Assembly: GCA_963748815.1 (NCBI GenBank)
Contig: CAVVKJ010000005.1
Span: 32,001 to 96,000 of the forward strand
Direction of reading: 5' to 3'
DNA: 64,000 bases
Source of the DNA: an uncultured Gemmatimonadales bacterium
GTDB taxonomy: Bacteria > Gemmatimonadota > Gemmatimonadetes > Gemmatimonadales > GWC2-71-9
Every line of letters begins with the position of its first letter. Within the stretch, counting starts at the first letter, position 1. The notes below the pieces were generated by a model, which was given only the letters and a program-made list of their open reading frames with translations, had not been told where the DNA came from and ran no database searches. Below, piece after piece: positions 32,393-42,087 of the stretch. A program made the translations under genes and the position numbers.

Positions 32393-33538
32393 ATGACGCG
32401 TCCCTCGGGCCCCTACCTGCGCGGCCAGCGGATCGATCCCACCGCCATCACCGGCACGGAGCAGATCGCCGACCTCGTGGACAACGCCTTCCTGGCCTAC
32501 AACGCCGGGCGACTCCGCGAAGGATGCCAGCTCTTCACCACCCGGATGCTGCAGCCCGACACGACTGTGGGCATGAGCCTGACGGGTGCCATGACCCCGG
32601 CCGGCATCGGGATGAGCTGCCTCATCCCCCTGATGGAAGCGGGGTTCGTGGACTGGATCATCTCCACCGGGGCCAATCTCTATCACGACGCGCACTTCGC
32701 CCTCGGGCTGGCGCTCCACCGCGGCCGCCACGACGCCGACGATGTGGAGCTGCGCGACAAGGGCGTGGTGCGCATCTATGACATCTTCTTCGACTACAAC
32801 GTGCTGCTTTCCACCGACGCCTTCGTGCGCGAGGTGTCGGCGCGACCGGAATTTCAGCGCGCGATGAGCTCGGCGGAGTATCACTTCCTGCTCGGCGGCT
32901 ACCTCCGTGAGCGCGAGGCGGCGCTCGGCCTGTCGAAGCGGTCCGTGTTGTCCACCGCACACGAGCTGGCGGTGCCGATCTACACCAGCTCCCCCGGCGA
33001 CAGCTCGATCGGGATGAACGTGGCGGAGCAGGCGCTGGCCGGGAGCCAGCTGCGGTTCGACGTGAGCGCCGACGTGAACGAGACGGCGGCCATCGTCCTC
33101 GAGGCCAAGCGCACCGGCGGGAAGAGCGGCGTGCTGATTGCCGGCGGCGGCAGCCCGAAGAACTTCATCCTCCAGACCGAGCCGCAAATCCAGGAAGTGC
33201 TCGGCATCGACGAGCGGGGGCACGACTACTTTCTGCAGATGACCGACGCCCGGCCGGACGTGGGCGGCCTGTCCGGCGCCACGCCGAATGAAGCGGTCAG
33301 CTGGGGAAAGATCGACCCCGACCAACTGCCGGGCACCGTGGTGGTCTATGCCGACAACACCATCACCCTGCCCCTCCTGACCGCGTACGCGCTCCAGCGC
33401 ATGCCACCCCGGCCCCTCAAGCGCCTCTACGACCGGCGCGGGCCGATGATGGAACGATTGGTGACGGAATACCGCGCCGCGCTGGCCTTCCGCAATCAGC
33501 GGGCCGACGACGCCGTGGGAGAACGGAGTGGAGACTAG
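32393..33538 (+). CDS. Deoxyhypusine synthase-like protein (probable homospermidine synthase)
   Basis: [38 protein letters not shown] with the catalytic Lys retained. Confidence 0.9.
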   Translation: MTRPSGPYLRGQRIDPTAITGTEQIADLVDNAFLAYNAGRLREGCQLFTTRMLQPDTTVGMSLTGAMTPAGIGMSCLIPLMEAGFVDWIISTGANLYHDAHFALGLALHRGRHDADDVELRDKGVVRIYDIFFDYNVLLSTDAFVREVSARPEFQRAMSSAEYHFLLGGYLREREAALGLSKRSVLSTAHELAVPIYTSSPGDSSIGMNVAEQALAGSQLRFDVSADVNETAAIVLEAKRTGGKSGVLIAGGGSPKNFILQTEPQIQEVLGIDERGHDYFLQMTDARPDVGGLSGATPNEAVSWGKIDPDQLPGTVVVYADNTITLPLLTAYALQRMPPRPLKRLYDRRGPMMERLVTEYRAALAFRNQRADDAVGERSGD

Positions 33539-35081
33539 CCCGACCCCGCTCCCCGAGCCCACCCGCCGTTACGCCTGGTACGCGCTCGCGCTCCTGGCGG
33601 TGCTGAAGCTGCTCAGCTACGTCAACCGCAATGTCATCTTTGCGCTTGTCCCCCCCATCGAACTCGATCTGCACCTGACCGACGCGCACATCGGGTGGAT
33701 CGCGTCGGCGTTCGTCCTGCTCTTTTCCGTCGCGGTCTTTCCCTTCGGCGTGCTGAGCGACCTCCGCTCGCGCCGGGCGGTGGCCGGCGTGGGCGTGGTG
33801 ATCTGGAGCGCGTTCGCCTTCCTCGCGGGATTTTCGCAGGGGTTTTGGGGCCTGTTCATGACGCGGGCCGCCGTGGGCATCGGGACCGCCGCCTTCACCG
33901 CCGCCGCCGCCTCCCTCGTCGCGGACTATTTTCCCGGTCGCCGCCGCGCCCTCGCCATGGGCATCTTCTCCGCCGGCATTCCCGTGGGGGGAATCCTCGG
34001 GATCACCCTCGGCGGGCAGCTCGAGGCGGTCTACGGATGGCGGATCTCGATGATGGCCGTGGCCGTGCCGGGGTTCCTGCTGGCGGCGCTGGTGGTGCGG
34101 CTGACCGACCCGAACCGGCCTCCGCCGGTCTTCACCGTGCGCCAGTACTGGCGCCGACTCGAACTGGGCATGACCGGTGCCTTCAAGGCGGCCTGGCCGC
34201 TCCTGCTCGGCTCGGGGGTCGGGGCGATCGTCGCCTGGCTGCTCGACACGCGGTACGGGGCCACGTCGAGCCTCGACATCGCGGCCCTCGCCACTGGCAT
34301 TGGGCTCGGCCTGGCGGGGAATATCGTCCTGCTTGTCCGGGCGAACCGCCGCCAGGAGGATGTGTTCGACTTCCTTCCGGCCGCGAGCATGACCGATGCA
34401 ATCGGCGAGACGCGAATCGCCGTCCACACCGTGTTTCGCACCCCCACGCTCAAGTATCTGTTCGTCGGTGGGGCGCTGGTGGCGTTCGGCGTGAATGGGC
34501 TGGTCGGATGGGCCCCCACGTTTATGTCCCGCACGCTGGGCCTGAGCGTGGCGCAGGGAACCCTGCTGCTCGGGCAATGGGGGCTGCTGTCGGGCACCGC
34601 GGGCACCTTGGCCGGCGGGTTTATCGCCGACTGGCTGGGGAAGTACACCGGCCGCGCACGGATGATCGTCTCCACGCTGGGACTGTGCGTCGGGGGGCCG
34701 CTGGCCGTCTGGTTGCTGGCGGTGCGGGATCTGGACCTGTTCGTTCCGGTCTTCGCGGCGGCGTTCTTCTTCCTGACCCTCTACAACGGACCGGTCATCG
34801 CAGCGGTGTTTGACGTCGTGCCGGCGCGGATCGGTGCCACGGTGATGGGGGCCTACCTCCTCTTCATCCACGTGGCCGGCGACGCCATCGCCCTGCCCCT
34901 CGTCGGCATCCTCTCCGGCCGGTTCGGCATCGATCGGGCGATCTTCATCCTGCCCGTGGCGGTCATTTTTGGCGGGATCGCGCTCTTCTTCGGGGTGGGG
35001 ACGGTGGTGCGGGACATGGCCTTCGTGGCGGCGCGGACCACGGCGTCGCATCCGGTCATCAGGGCGAGTCCGCAGAACTGA
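33528..35081 (+). CDS. MFS transporter (spinster-like)
   Basis: [37 protein letters not shown]. Confidence 0.88.
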   Translation: METSPTPLPEPTRRYAWYALALLAVLKLLSYVNRNVIFALVPPIELDLHLTDAHIGWIASAFVLLFSVAVFPFGVLSDLRSRRAVAGVGVVIWSAFAFLAGFSQGFWGLFMTRAAVGIGTAAFTAAAASLVADYFPGRRRALAMGIFSAGIPVGGILGITLGGQLEAVYGWRISMMAVAVPGFLLAALVVRLTDPNRPPPVFTVRQYWRRLELGMTGAFKAAWPLLLGSGVGAIVAWLLDTRYGATSSLDIAALATGIGLGLAGNIVLLVRANRRQEDVFDFLPAASMTDAIGETRIAVHTVFRTPTLKYLFVGGALVAFGVNGLVGWAPTFMSRTLGLSVAQGTLLLGQWGLLSGTAGTLAGGFIADWLGKYTGRARMIVSTLGLCVGGPLAVWLLAVRDLDLFVPVFAAAFFFLTLYNGPVIAAVFDVVPARIGATVMGAYLLFIHVAGDAIALPLVGILSGRFGIDRAIFILPVAVIFGGIALFFGVGTVVRDMAFVAARTTASHPVIRASPQN

Positions 35082-35083
35082 AA

Positions 35084-35112
35084 CCATGGACCCCGGCTTT
35101 CGCCGGGGTGAC
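35084..35112 (-). repeat. 29-bp REP-like palindrome, copy 2
   Basis: CCATGGACCCCGGCTTTCGCCGGGGTGAC, between the convergent MFS and csoR genes. Confidence 0.9.
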
Positions 35113-35144
35113 GATCCATCGATGTTTTTCCCCGCTTCCCCGCC

Positions 35145-35516
35145 CTATCTGGCATTCCTGTACAACAACTCCACCAGTTCGTCGTACATCGCGCCGGTTT
35201 GCTCTGGATCGCCCGAGCGAATCGCGCTGGCGGCGCAGTGCTCCAAGTGGTTCCGGAACAGGATGCGTGCGACGCCGCGCAGCGCCTCGTGCACCGAGGA
35301 GACCTGCGTCAGCACATCCGCGCAGTAGCGCTCCTCCTCGAGCATGCGTTGCAACCCCCGCACCTGGCCCTCGATCCGTTTGAGCCGGTTCAGCGCCGCC
35401 TCCTTGAGCGCGGGGTCCACCGCCACGGCGTGCGTGCCGTCGCCCGGGCGAGCGCAGGCGCAGGGCGCCGTGGGCTCGCTGCCGGACATGCCGGGCTCGG
35501 ACGTGGGTGCAGGCAT
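35145..35516 (-). CDS. csoR: CsoR family copper-sensing repressor
   Basis: RLKRIEGQVRGL, RYCADVL, HLEHC; coupled to copA. Confidence 0.9.
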   Translation of the reverse strand: MPAPTSEPGMSGSEPTAPCACARPGDGTHAVAVDPALKEAALNRLKRIEGQVRGLQRMLEEERYCADVLTQVSSVHEALRGVARILFRNHLEHCAASAIRSGDPEQTGAMYDELVELLYRNAR

Positions 35517-37840
35517 CAGGCCCTCCGCAGGCGCAGACTGTTGGTCACCACCGACACGCTGCTCACCGCCATCGCGGCGGCGGCAATGGTCGGGGTGAGC
35601 AGGATGCCGAAGACGGGATACAGCGCGCCGGCCGCCACCGGGATGCCGACGACATTGTAGGCGAAGGCCCAGAAGAGGTTCTGCTTGATGACGCGGAGGG
35701 TGCGCCGCGCGAGGCGCACGGCTTCGGGGACGCCGGCGAGGTCGCCGCGCATCAGGGTCACGTCGCCCGCCTCGACGGCCACGTCGGTGCCGGTGCCGAG
35801 GGCGATGCCGACATCGGCCTGGGCGAGCGCCGGCGCGTCGTTCAGGCCGTCACCCACCATGCCGACCACCTTGCCGTCCGCCTGCAGCCGCTGCACCACC
35901 TCGCGCTTGTGCTCCGGCAGCACCTCCGCCACGACGACGCTGATCCCGACCTGGCGCGCGACGCTCTCCGCCGTGCCACGGGCGTCGCCGGTGAGCATCA
36001 CCACGTCGAGTCCGAGCGCACGCAGCGCCGAGACGGCGGCGGCGCTCGTGGGCCTGATCGGATCCGCCACGGCAATGACGCCGGCCGCCGCGCCGCCGAT
36101 GGAGACGAGGACCGGTGTGGCGCCGAGGCCGGCCAGCTCGTCCGCCAGTGCGTGCAGCGCGGCACTGTCGATGCCCCAGTCTACGAACAGCGCCCGATTG
36201 CCCGCGAGCACCCCGTCGCCGTTGACGACCCCGACGACCCCCTTGCCCGGAAAGACCTGGAACGACTCGACGGCGGGAATCACGAGGTGCCGGTCGGTGG
36301 CGGCGGCCACGATGGCCTCGCCCAGCGGGTGCTCGCTCATCCGTTCGAGCGCGGCGGCGGACGCCAAGACGGTGGCCTCGTCCCCTGCCCCGACCAGCCG
36401 CACCTGCGTCACTGCCGGGCGCCCTTCGGTGATGGTGCCGGTCTTGTCGAGCACCACGACGTCGAGTTCGGCGGCGCGCTGCAGGACGTTGCCGCCCTTG
36501 AAGAGGACGCCGCGCTCCGCGCCGCGGCCGGTGGACACCATCACCGCGGTGGGCACCGCCAGCCCCATGGCGCAGGGACAGGCGATGATGAGCACGGTGA
36601 CGGCGGCGGCGAGCGCGCGGACCACGCGGGGATCGGGGCCGAGGAAGTACCAGAGGGCGAACGTGCCGAGGGCGATGACGATGACCACCGGCACGAAGAC
36701 GGCGGCGATCCGGTCGGAGAGCTGCTGGATCGGCGCCTTGGCGCCCTGCGCCTCGCGCACCATCCGGATGATCTGCGCGAGGACGGTGTCCCCGCCGACG
36801 CGCGTGGCGCGGACGCGGATCGCGCCGGCCCGGTTGAGGGTGGCGCCGACGACGGCGCTCCCCGGCTGCTTGGCCACCGGCGTCGGCTCGCCGGTCAGCA
36901 TCGCCTCATCGACGGAGGTGGTGCCTTCGAGCACCACGCCATCCACCGGGATCGTCTCGCCGGGGCGGACGAGCAGTTCGTCGCCGCTCCGCACCTGGTC
37001 GAGCGGAACCTCGAGCACGTCCCCGCCCCGCACCACGTGGGCGCTGTCCGGACGAAGCGCCACGAGCTTCCGGATGGCCGCGGAGGTGCGGCCCTTGGCG
37101 CGCGCCTCGAGGTAGTTGCCCAGCAGGATGAGCGCGATGATCCAGACCACCGCCTCGTAGTACACGTGCGGCTCGACGCCGCGGGCCAGGAAGAACGGCG
37201 CGCCCACCGTCATGGCCAGGCTGAAGAGGAAGGCGGCCCCGGTGCCGACGGCGACCAGCGTGTTCATGTCGGCGCCGCCGTGTCGCGCCGCCGCCCAGGC
37301 GCGCACGTAGAAGTGTCGCCCGGCCCAGAAGACGATCGGGAGGGTGAGACCGAGGAGGGTCCAGCGCCAGGTGTCGGCGCCGACGTCAAAGAGGGCGGGG
37401 GCCACCGACCGCAGCGCTTCGCTGAGCGGCATCATGAGGTGCATCAGCGGGTCCGCCGCTCCCTGCGCGGCGGCCGCCTCGCCGAGGGGGAGGCCGATGA
37501 GCATGGCCAGCGCGGCGGCGACCAGGCTGACGGTCACCTTGCGCCGCAGGGTGCCCAGCTCGACGGCCAGGCGCAGCTCGTCCGCGGTTTCCTCGTCGCC
37601 CGGTGCGACCTCGGGGCGGGGAAGCTCGGCGCCGTAGCCGGTGTCGCGGATGGTGCTCACCAGCGCGTCGAGCGAGGCGACCGAGGCGTCAAATTCGACG
37701 GTGGCCGAGTTGGTCATCAGGTTGACGTTGGCGGAGGCCACCCCGGGGGTGCGCTCGAGCGTGCGCTGGATGCGCGCACTGCAGGCGGCGCAGGTCATTC
37801 CCGTGACGGGAATGGTCGCGCGTTCGGGGGTGGCTGGCAT
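35516..37840 (-). CDS. copA: Cu(I)-translocating P1B-1 ATPase
   Basis: [32 protein letters not shown] and MAVSS motifs. Confidence 0.96.
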   Translation of the reverse strand: MPATPERATIPVTGMTCAACSARIQRTLERTPGVASANVNLMTNSATVEFDASVASLDALVSTIRDTGYGAELPRPEVAPGDEETADELRLAVELGTLRRKVTVSLVAAALAMLIGLPLGEAAAAQGAADPLMHLMMPLSEALRSVAPALFDVGADTWRWTLLGLTLPIVFWAGRHFYVRAWAAARHGGADMNTLVAVGTGAAFLFSLAMTVGAPFFLARGVEPHVYYEAVVWIIALILLGNYLEARAKGRTSAAIRKLVALRPDSAHVVRGGDVLEVPLDQVRSGDELLVRPGETIPVDGVVLEGTTSVDEAMLTGEPTPVAKQPGSAVVGATLNRAGAIRVRATRVGGDTVLAQIIRMVREAQGAKAPIQQLSDRIAAVFVPVVIVIALGTFALWYFLGPDPRVVRALAAAVTVLIIACPCAMGLAVPTAVMVSTGRGAERGVLFKGGNVLQRAAELDVVVLDKTGTITEGRPAVTQVRLVGAGDEATVLASAAALERMSEHPLGEAIVAAATDRHLVIPAVESFQVFPGKGVVGVVNGDGVLAGNRALFVDWGIDSAALHALADELAGLGATPVLVSIGGAAAGVIAVADPIRPTSAAAVSALRALGLDVVMLTGDARGTAESVARQVGISVVVAEVLPEHKREVVQRLQADGKVVGMVGDGLNDAPALAQADVGIALGTGTDVAVEAGDVTLMRGDLAGVPEAVRLARRTLRVIKQNLFWAFAYNVVGIPVAAGALYPVFGILLTPTIAAAAMAVSSVSVVTNSLRLRRA

Positions 37841-37852
37841 CGCGCTATCCGG

Positions 37853-38071
37853 TCACGCCGCGCTCGGCGCGGGGGTGGCGCGGTATCCCTCTTCGGAGAC
37901 CGCGGCGGCGATGGCGGCTGCGCTAATCTGGGTGGGGTCGAAGCGGAGTTCAGCCCGGCCGATCTTGACCGAATCGACTTCCACCCCCGTGAGGGTGGAG
38001 AGAGCTTTGTTCACGGCGTTCAGGCAGTGTCCGCATGACATGCCTTCGATGTGGAGGATGAGGTTTTCCAT
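37853..38071 (-). CDS. copZ: CopZ-like copper chaperone (HMA domain)
   Basis: GMSCGHC, 72 aa, upstream of copA. Confidence 0.9.
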   Translation of the reverse strand: MENLILHIEGMSCGHCLNAVNKALSTLTGVEVDSVKIGRAELRFDPTQISAAAIAAAVSEEGYRATPAPSAA

Positions 38072-38186
38072 GGTTCCAAGGCGTAGTAGTGAGTACTACT
38101 AACTAGATCTGCTGGTCCAGGGCATCCAATTCCAGCCGCTCGAACTAGGTGCCGAATCCCGACCTGCAGCGACGAAAACAGCGTTC

Positions 38187-38215
38187 AATTTATATAGGGG
38201 TGGGGGGTATGTCAA
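38187..38215 (-). promoter_or_regulatory. Sigma70 promoter of copZ-copA-csoR with a CsoR-type operator in the spacer
   Basis: Minus strand reads TTGACA-17 nt (TACCCCCCACCCCTATA)-TAAATT. The TAC-C-tract..TA pattern resembles CsoR operators. Confidence 0.8.
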
Positions 38216-38385
38216 TGGGCTCGCCGAATACGGCTGAAGTTCTTTCCCCGCAGGCATTTGCAAGATGAGGTGATGCCGGGGGCACGAAAGACTGCCGACG
38301 CGTTTGGCAGTTAACCGCTTTTTTAGCATGACGTTACGTCATAGTACTGCAACTCGGGGCATGCAAAGTGCACTAGGCAGCAGCC

Positions 38386-40026
38386 ATGAACGACCACCGC
38401 GACTCATTCCGCTCATCCTCCGATGGGGGGGAGATCGAAGCCCTGGATGTCCGGGTTCCGCTCCTCCGCCTCAAGGGGAGTTCGTGGGATGCCGTCGCGC
38501 TGGAGACCTGGCTGGAGGCCGTCTCAGGGCTGCTCGCGCCGGAATTGCCGCATGACCTGATGGCACTCTGGGTGTATCCGCCGGAAGGTCCCGCCATCCT
38601 CGTGGGCCCCTCGGCGCTAGCACAGGACCATCTGGAGGTGCCGGCGCCCGCCCCCCATCTCGGGCAGGACGAGCTCTACACGATGGAGCAGCGCATTCGT
38701 TCGGCGGGATATGCCTCCGTCGTCTGCATGGCGGTCCCGCACGGCGACCGGGATGTCGGCCTCCTCCTCCTCGCCGACCTGCGCTCGGCCCGCTACGGGC
38801 TGCCGGAGGCGGTGCTGCTCCGAAACGTCGCCGATTCGCTCGGTCCGACGCTGGCGCGGGTGGCTCGGCAGGGCAGGGGACCGGAACTCGAGCCGCGAGA
38901 GGACGGGTCTCCACCGCCTCCCGAGCGCCGCCGCTCGGAGCCGGGCCGCAAGCTCGTGGAGCTGCACGAATTGCTCGCGAAGCTGGGACTCGCCGAGTCG
39001 GCGTCCCGCACGCCGCGGGAATTCTCGGAATTTGTTTCGCAGGCGCTCCAGCCGATGCTGCCGCACGACCGGCTCCAGGTCCTGGTACCCGACGCGTCGG
39101 CGCAGGAGCACTATCGCTTCGATCGACATGGTCCGGGCACCTTCTGGTCCGACCCGGCGCTCGTCGTCACCCGTGATCAGTTCAACCCGGCGGCGCAGTT
39201 CGGCGATGCCGACGACATCCTCGTCGGCGACACCCAGCAGCAGGCCGGGGCTCCGGCCTGGTGTCCCGACGCCCCCGGGCCCGGGCGTGAAGGCGACCCC
39301 GCGCCGGCCCGCTCTGTCGTGGGCGTACGCCTCCTCTCCCAGACCCGGGTCGCGGGCTACCTCCTCCTGGGCGGAAACGGCCCGGAATTCTTCCGGCAGG
39401 ACGACCTGGAGCTCCTGCGCCAGGTCGCACCCCTGGTCGCGGTGCGTGTCGACAGCTTCCTCCTCGCCTGGCAGGTGCAGGTGATGCGCTCGCACCTGAG
39501 CGTGCTTCGGAACGTCCCGGCGCACCTCGGGCGCATCGCGGAAGTGCTTGCCACCACGGCGCACCTCGGCGCGGCCACGCGGCTGTTCGCGCGTGAAGCG
39601 TCAACGGTACTGCCGTTCGACCGCATGGAATTTTCGCTGAAGCTGGGCGACGCCGATGAGGTGGTGGTGGTCGCGCCGGGTGATGCACACCCGTTGCCCG
39701 ACTTGCCGCTGATGTCGGTGGCGGGCACCGAGCTGGGACGTGTGCTCCGCGGGGAATTGCCCCACGCCTACGCCTCCGCGCGGCGGCATCTCGAGACGGA
39801 GCTCGGGGCGGGCCAACCGACCGCCGCCCTGGTGGTACCCCTCCGCGTGGCCGGAAGAATCTTCGGATGCCTGACGCTGCTCGCCGCCGGGGCGGACGCC
39901 TTCACTCGCGCGGACATTGCCCTGGCGCAGCAGCTGGCCGACCTCCTGGCTCCGCATCTCGAATTGCTCCGCCGTGCGTCCATGTCGACGCCGCCGGTGG
40001 CGCCGGGGTGGAGGCGGCGGCCGTAA
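38386..40026 (+). CDS. Multi-GAF domain protein with no recognisable output domain
   Basis: Three GAF-like ends: VCMAVP..VGLLLL..Y..EAVLLRNVAD; GVRL..GYLLLG..FRQDDLELL; VVPLRVAGRIFGCLTL..FTRADIALAQQLAD. Confidence 0.7.
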   Translation: MNDHRDSFRSSSDGGEIEALDVRVPLLRLKGSSWDAVALETWLEAVSGLLAPELPHDLMALWVYPPEGPAILVGPSALAQDHLEVPAPAPHLGQDELYTMEQRIRSAGYASVVCMAVPHGDRDVGLLLLADLRSARYGLPEAVLLRNVADSLGPTLARVARQGRGPELEPREDGSPPPPERRRSEPGRKLVELHELLAKLGLAESASRTPREFSEFVSQALQPMLPHDRLQVLVPDASAQEHYRFDRHGPGTFWSDPALVVTRDQFNPAAQFGDADDILVGDTQQQAGAPAWCPDAPGPGREGDPAPARSVVGVRLLSQTRVAGYLLLGGNGPEFFRQDDLELLRQVAPLVAVRVDSFLLAWQVQVMRSHLSVLRNVPAHLGRIAEVLATTAHLGAATRLFAREASTVLPFDRMEFSLKLGDADEVVVVAPGDAHPLPDLPLMSVAGTELGRVLRGELPHAYASARRHLETELGAGQPTAALVVPLRVAGRIFGCLTLLAAGADAFTRADIALAQQLADLLAPHLELLRRASMSTPPVAPGWRRRP

Positions 40027-40160
40027 GTCACTGTCCTTCCGCAGGTTATCAGGCAGCTCCGCGGTCCTGATGCATTTCTAACACCCGCATCACCCTTCCT
40101 TACCAATCCCTGATACACAGAGCCCTAGCTTGTTCCGTGTCTCCCACACGGACCCGGTTC

Positions 40161-40256
40161 ATGTCGGACATTGCCGTCATTGCACTCACCGCGCTGCTGC
40201 TGGCGCTGACCCGCGTCTTCCTCCGCGTGTGCGAGCGGCGTGGAGGCGCCCGATGA
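40161..40256 (+). CDS. 31-aa hydrophobic peptide upstream of kdpF
   Basis: MSDIAVIALTALLLALTRVFLRVCERRGGAR*. Its stop overlaps the kdpF ATG (ATGA), and it contains the kdpF RBS (GGAGG). Confidence 0.7.
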   Translation: MSDIAVIALTALLLALTRVFLRVCERRGGAR

Positions 40257-40345
40257 CCATCCTCTATTGGGCCGCGGGCATCATCGCCCTCGGGCTCTTC
40301 GTCTACCTCCTGGTGGCACTCCTGAACCCGGAGGCGTTCGAATGA
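40253..40345 (+). CDS. kdpF: K+-transporting ATPase subunit F
   Basis: MTILYWAAGIIALGLFVYLLVALLNPEAFE, with the YL..AL..PE.F motif. Confidence 0.9.
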   Translation: MTILYWAAGIIALGLFVYLLVALLNPEAFE

Positions 40346-42084
40346 CCTCCTTCGCCTGGCTGCAGCTCGGTACGTACTTGGCGCTGCTCGTCGGCCTCGG
40401 CCTGCCCCTCGGCCATTACATGGCCCGGGTGTACACCGGGGAGGCCCGGCTGAGCCAACGGATCCTCGGCCCGGTGGAGCGGGTCTTCTATCGCCTTCTC
40501 GGCATCGACCCGGGGCGGGAAATGGGATGGCGGGAATACACCCTCGCCGTGCTGGCGATCAGCATCGTGAGTCTCGTGGCGGTCTACGCCATCCAGCGGC
40601 TGCAGGGCGTGCTCCCCGTCAATCCCGCCGGCCTGCCCGGCGTTCCCGCGCTCCTCGCCTTCAACACCGCGGTCAGCTTCACGACCAACACGAACTGGCA
40701 GGCGTACGGCGGCGAGACGACGTTGAGCCACCTGACGCAGCTGCTGGCGCTCACGGTGCAGAACTTCGTGTCGGCAGCGGTCGGCATGGCCGTGCTTGCC
40801 GCGCTCATCCGCGGCCTCACCCGCCAAACGGCCTCCACGATCGGCAACGCCTGGGTGGATATCACCCGCAGCGTGCTCTATATCCTCCTGCCGCTCGCGG
40901 TAGTGCTGTCGCTTCTGCTGGTGTCGCAGGGCGTGGTGCAGACCATGGCCGCCTCCCGGGACGTGACGCTGGTCCAGCCGTTCCAGGCCGACTCGACGGT
41001 CGTCCGCACCCAGATGGTGGCGGTCGGGCCCGCCGCCAGCCAGGTGGCCATCAAGCAGCTGGGCACCAACGGCGGCGGCTTCTTCAACGTCAACTCGGCG
41101 CACCCACTCGAGAACCCGACTCCTTTCAGCAACCTCCTCGAGGTGCTGGCGATCCTCCTCATCCCCGCCGCGCTCTGCTTCACCTTCGGCCGGATGGTCA
41201 AGGACGACCGGCAGGGGTGGGCCATCTTCGCGGCGATGGCGATCATCTTCGCGGCGCTGACCATCCCGACGATGGCGGCGGAGCAGGCGGGGAACCCCGC
41301 GCTCACAGCGGCGGGCGCCGACCAGGTCGCGACCGCCCTGCAACCGGGCGGCAACATGGAGGGCAAGGAGGCGCGCTTCGGGCCGGTGGCCTCGAGCCTG
41401 TGGGCCACGGCGACCACCTCCGCCTCGAACGGCTCAGTCAACTCGATGCACGATTCCTTCACCCCGCTGGGCGGCCTCTGGCCGCTCTGGCTGATGCAGC
41501 TCGGCGAGGTGGTCTTTGGCGGGGTGGGCTCCGGGCTCTACGGCATGCTGATCTTCGCCATCCTGGCGGTGTTCATCGCCGGGCTGATGGTCGGCCGCAC
41601 GCCGGAGTACTTGGGCAAGAAGATCGAGGCCCGCGAGGTGACGTTGTCCGCGCTGATCGTGCTGCTGCCCTCCGCGCTGCTGCTGATCGGCACCGCGATC
41701 GCCGTGGTGCTCCCCTCGGCCGCGGGCTCGATCTCCAATCCGGGACCGCATGGCTTCACCGAGGTGCTCTACGGGTTTTCGTCCGCCTCGAACAACAATG
41801 GCAGTGCCTTCGCCGGGCTCAACGCCAACACCCCGTTTTTCAACGTGGCCCTCGGCATCGCGATGTTCCTCGCCCGGTTCTGGATCATCGTGCCGACGCT
41901 GGCCATCGCGGGGTCGCTCGCCGCCAAGAAGTCGGTGCCGCCGGGCCTCGGCACCCTGCCGACCCACACGCCGCTCTTCGTGGCGCTGCTGATCGGCACC
42001 GTGCTGCTCGTGGGTGCACTGGCGCACCTGCCGGGGCTGGCCCTGGGCCCGATCGTCGAACATCTCATGCTGATGGGACACTGA
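40342..42084 (+). CDS. kdpA: K+-transporting ATPase subunit A
   Basis: SFTTNTNWQAY, KQLGTNGGGFF, SNGSVNSMHDS, GRTPEYLGKKIE, NNGSAFAG. Confidence 0.98.
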   Translation: MTSFAWLQLGTYLALLVGLGLPLGHYMARVYTGEARLSQRILGPVERVFYRLLGIDPGREMGWREYTLAVLAISIVSLVAVYAIQRLQGVLPVNPAGLPGVPALLAFNTAVSFTTNTNWQAYGGETTLSHLTQLLALTVQNFVSAAVGMAVLAALIRGLTRQTASTIGNAWVDITRSVLYILLPLAVVLSLLLVSQGVVQTMAASRDVTLVQPFQADSTVVRTQMVAVGPAASQVAIKQLGTNGGGFFNVNSAHPLENPTPFSNLLEVLAILLIPAALCFTFGRMVKDDRQGWAIFAAMAIIFAALTIPTMAAEQAGNPALTAAGADQVATALQPGGNMEGKEARFGPVASSLWATATTSASNGSVNSMHDSFTPLGGLWPLWLMQLGEVVFGGVGSGLYGMLIFAILAVFIAGLMVGRTPEYLGKKIEAREVTLSALIVLLPSALLLIGTAIAVVLPSAAGSISNPGPHGFTEVLYGFSSASNNNGSAFAGLNANTPFFNVALGIAMFLARFWIIVPTLAIAGSLAAKKSVPPGLGTLPTHTPLFVALLIGTVLLVGALAHLPGLALGPIVEHLMLMGH

Positions 42085-42087
42085 GCC

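Noticed and set aside
17862..38038. Long antisense ORFs (17862-20150, 22138-24324, 33417-35087, 35507-38038)
   Set aside because: Shadow ORFs typical of high-GC DNA, lying opposite genes with clear motifs.
38279..38320. Sigma54 promoter candidates (GGCAC../TGGCAG..)
   Set aside because: GG-to-GC spacing is 9 or 11 nt, not the required 10.
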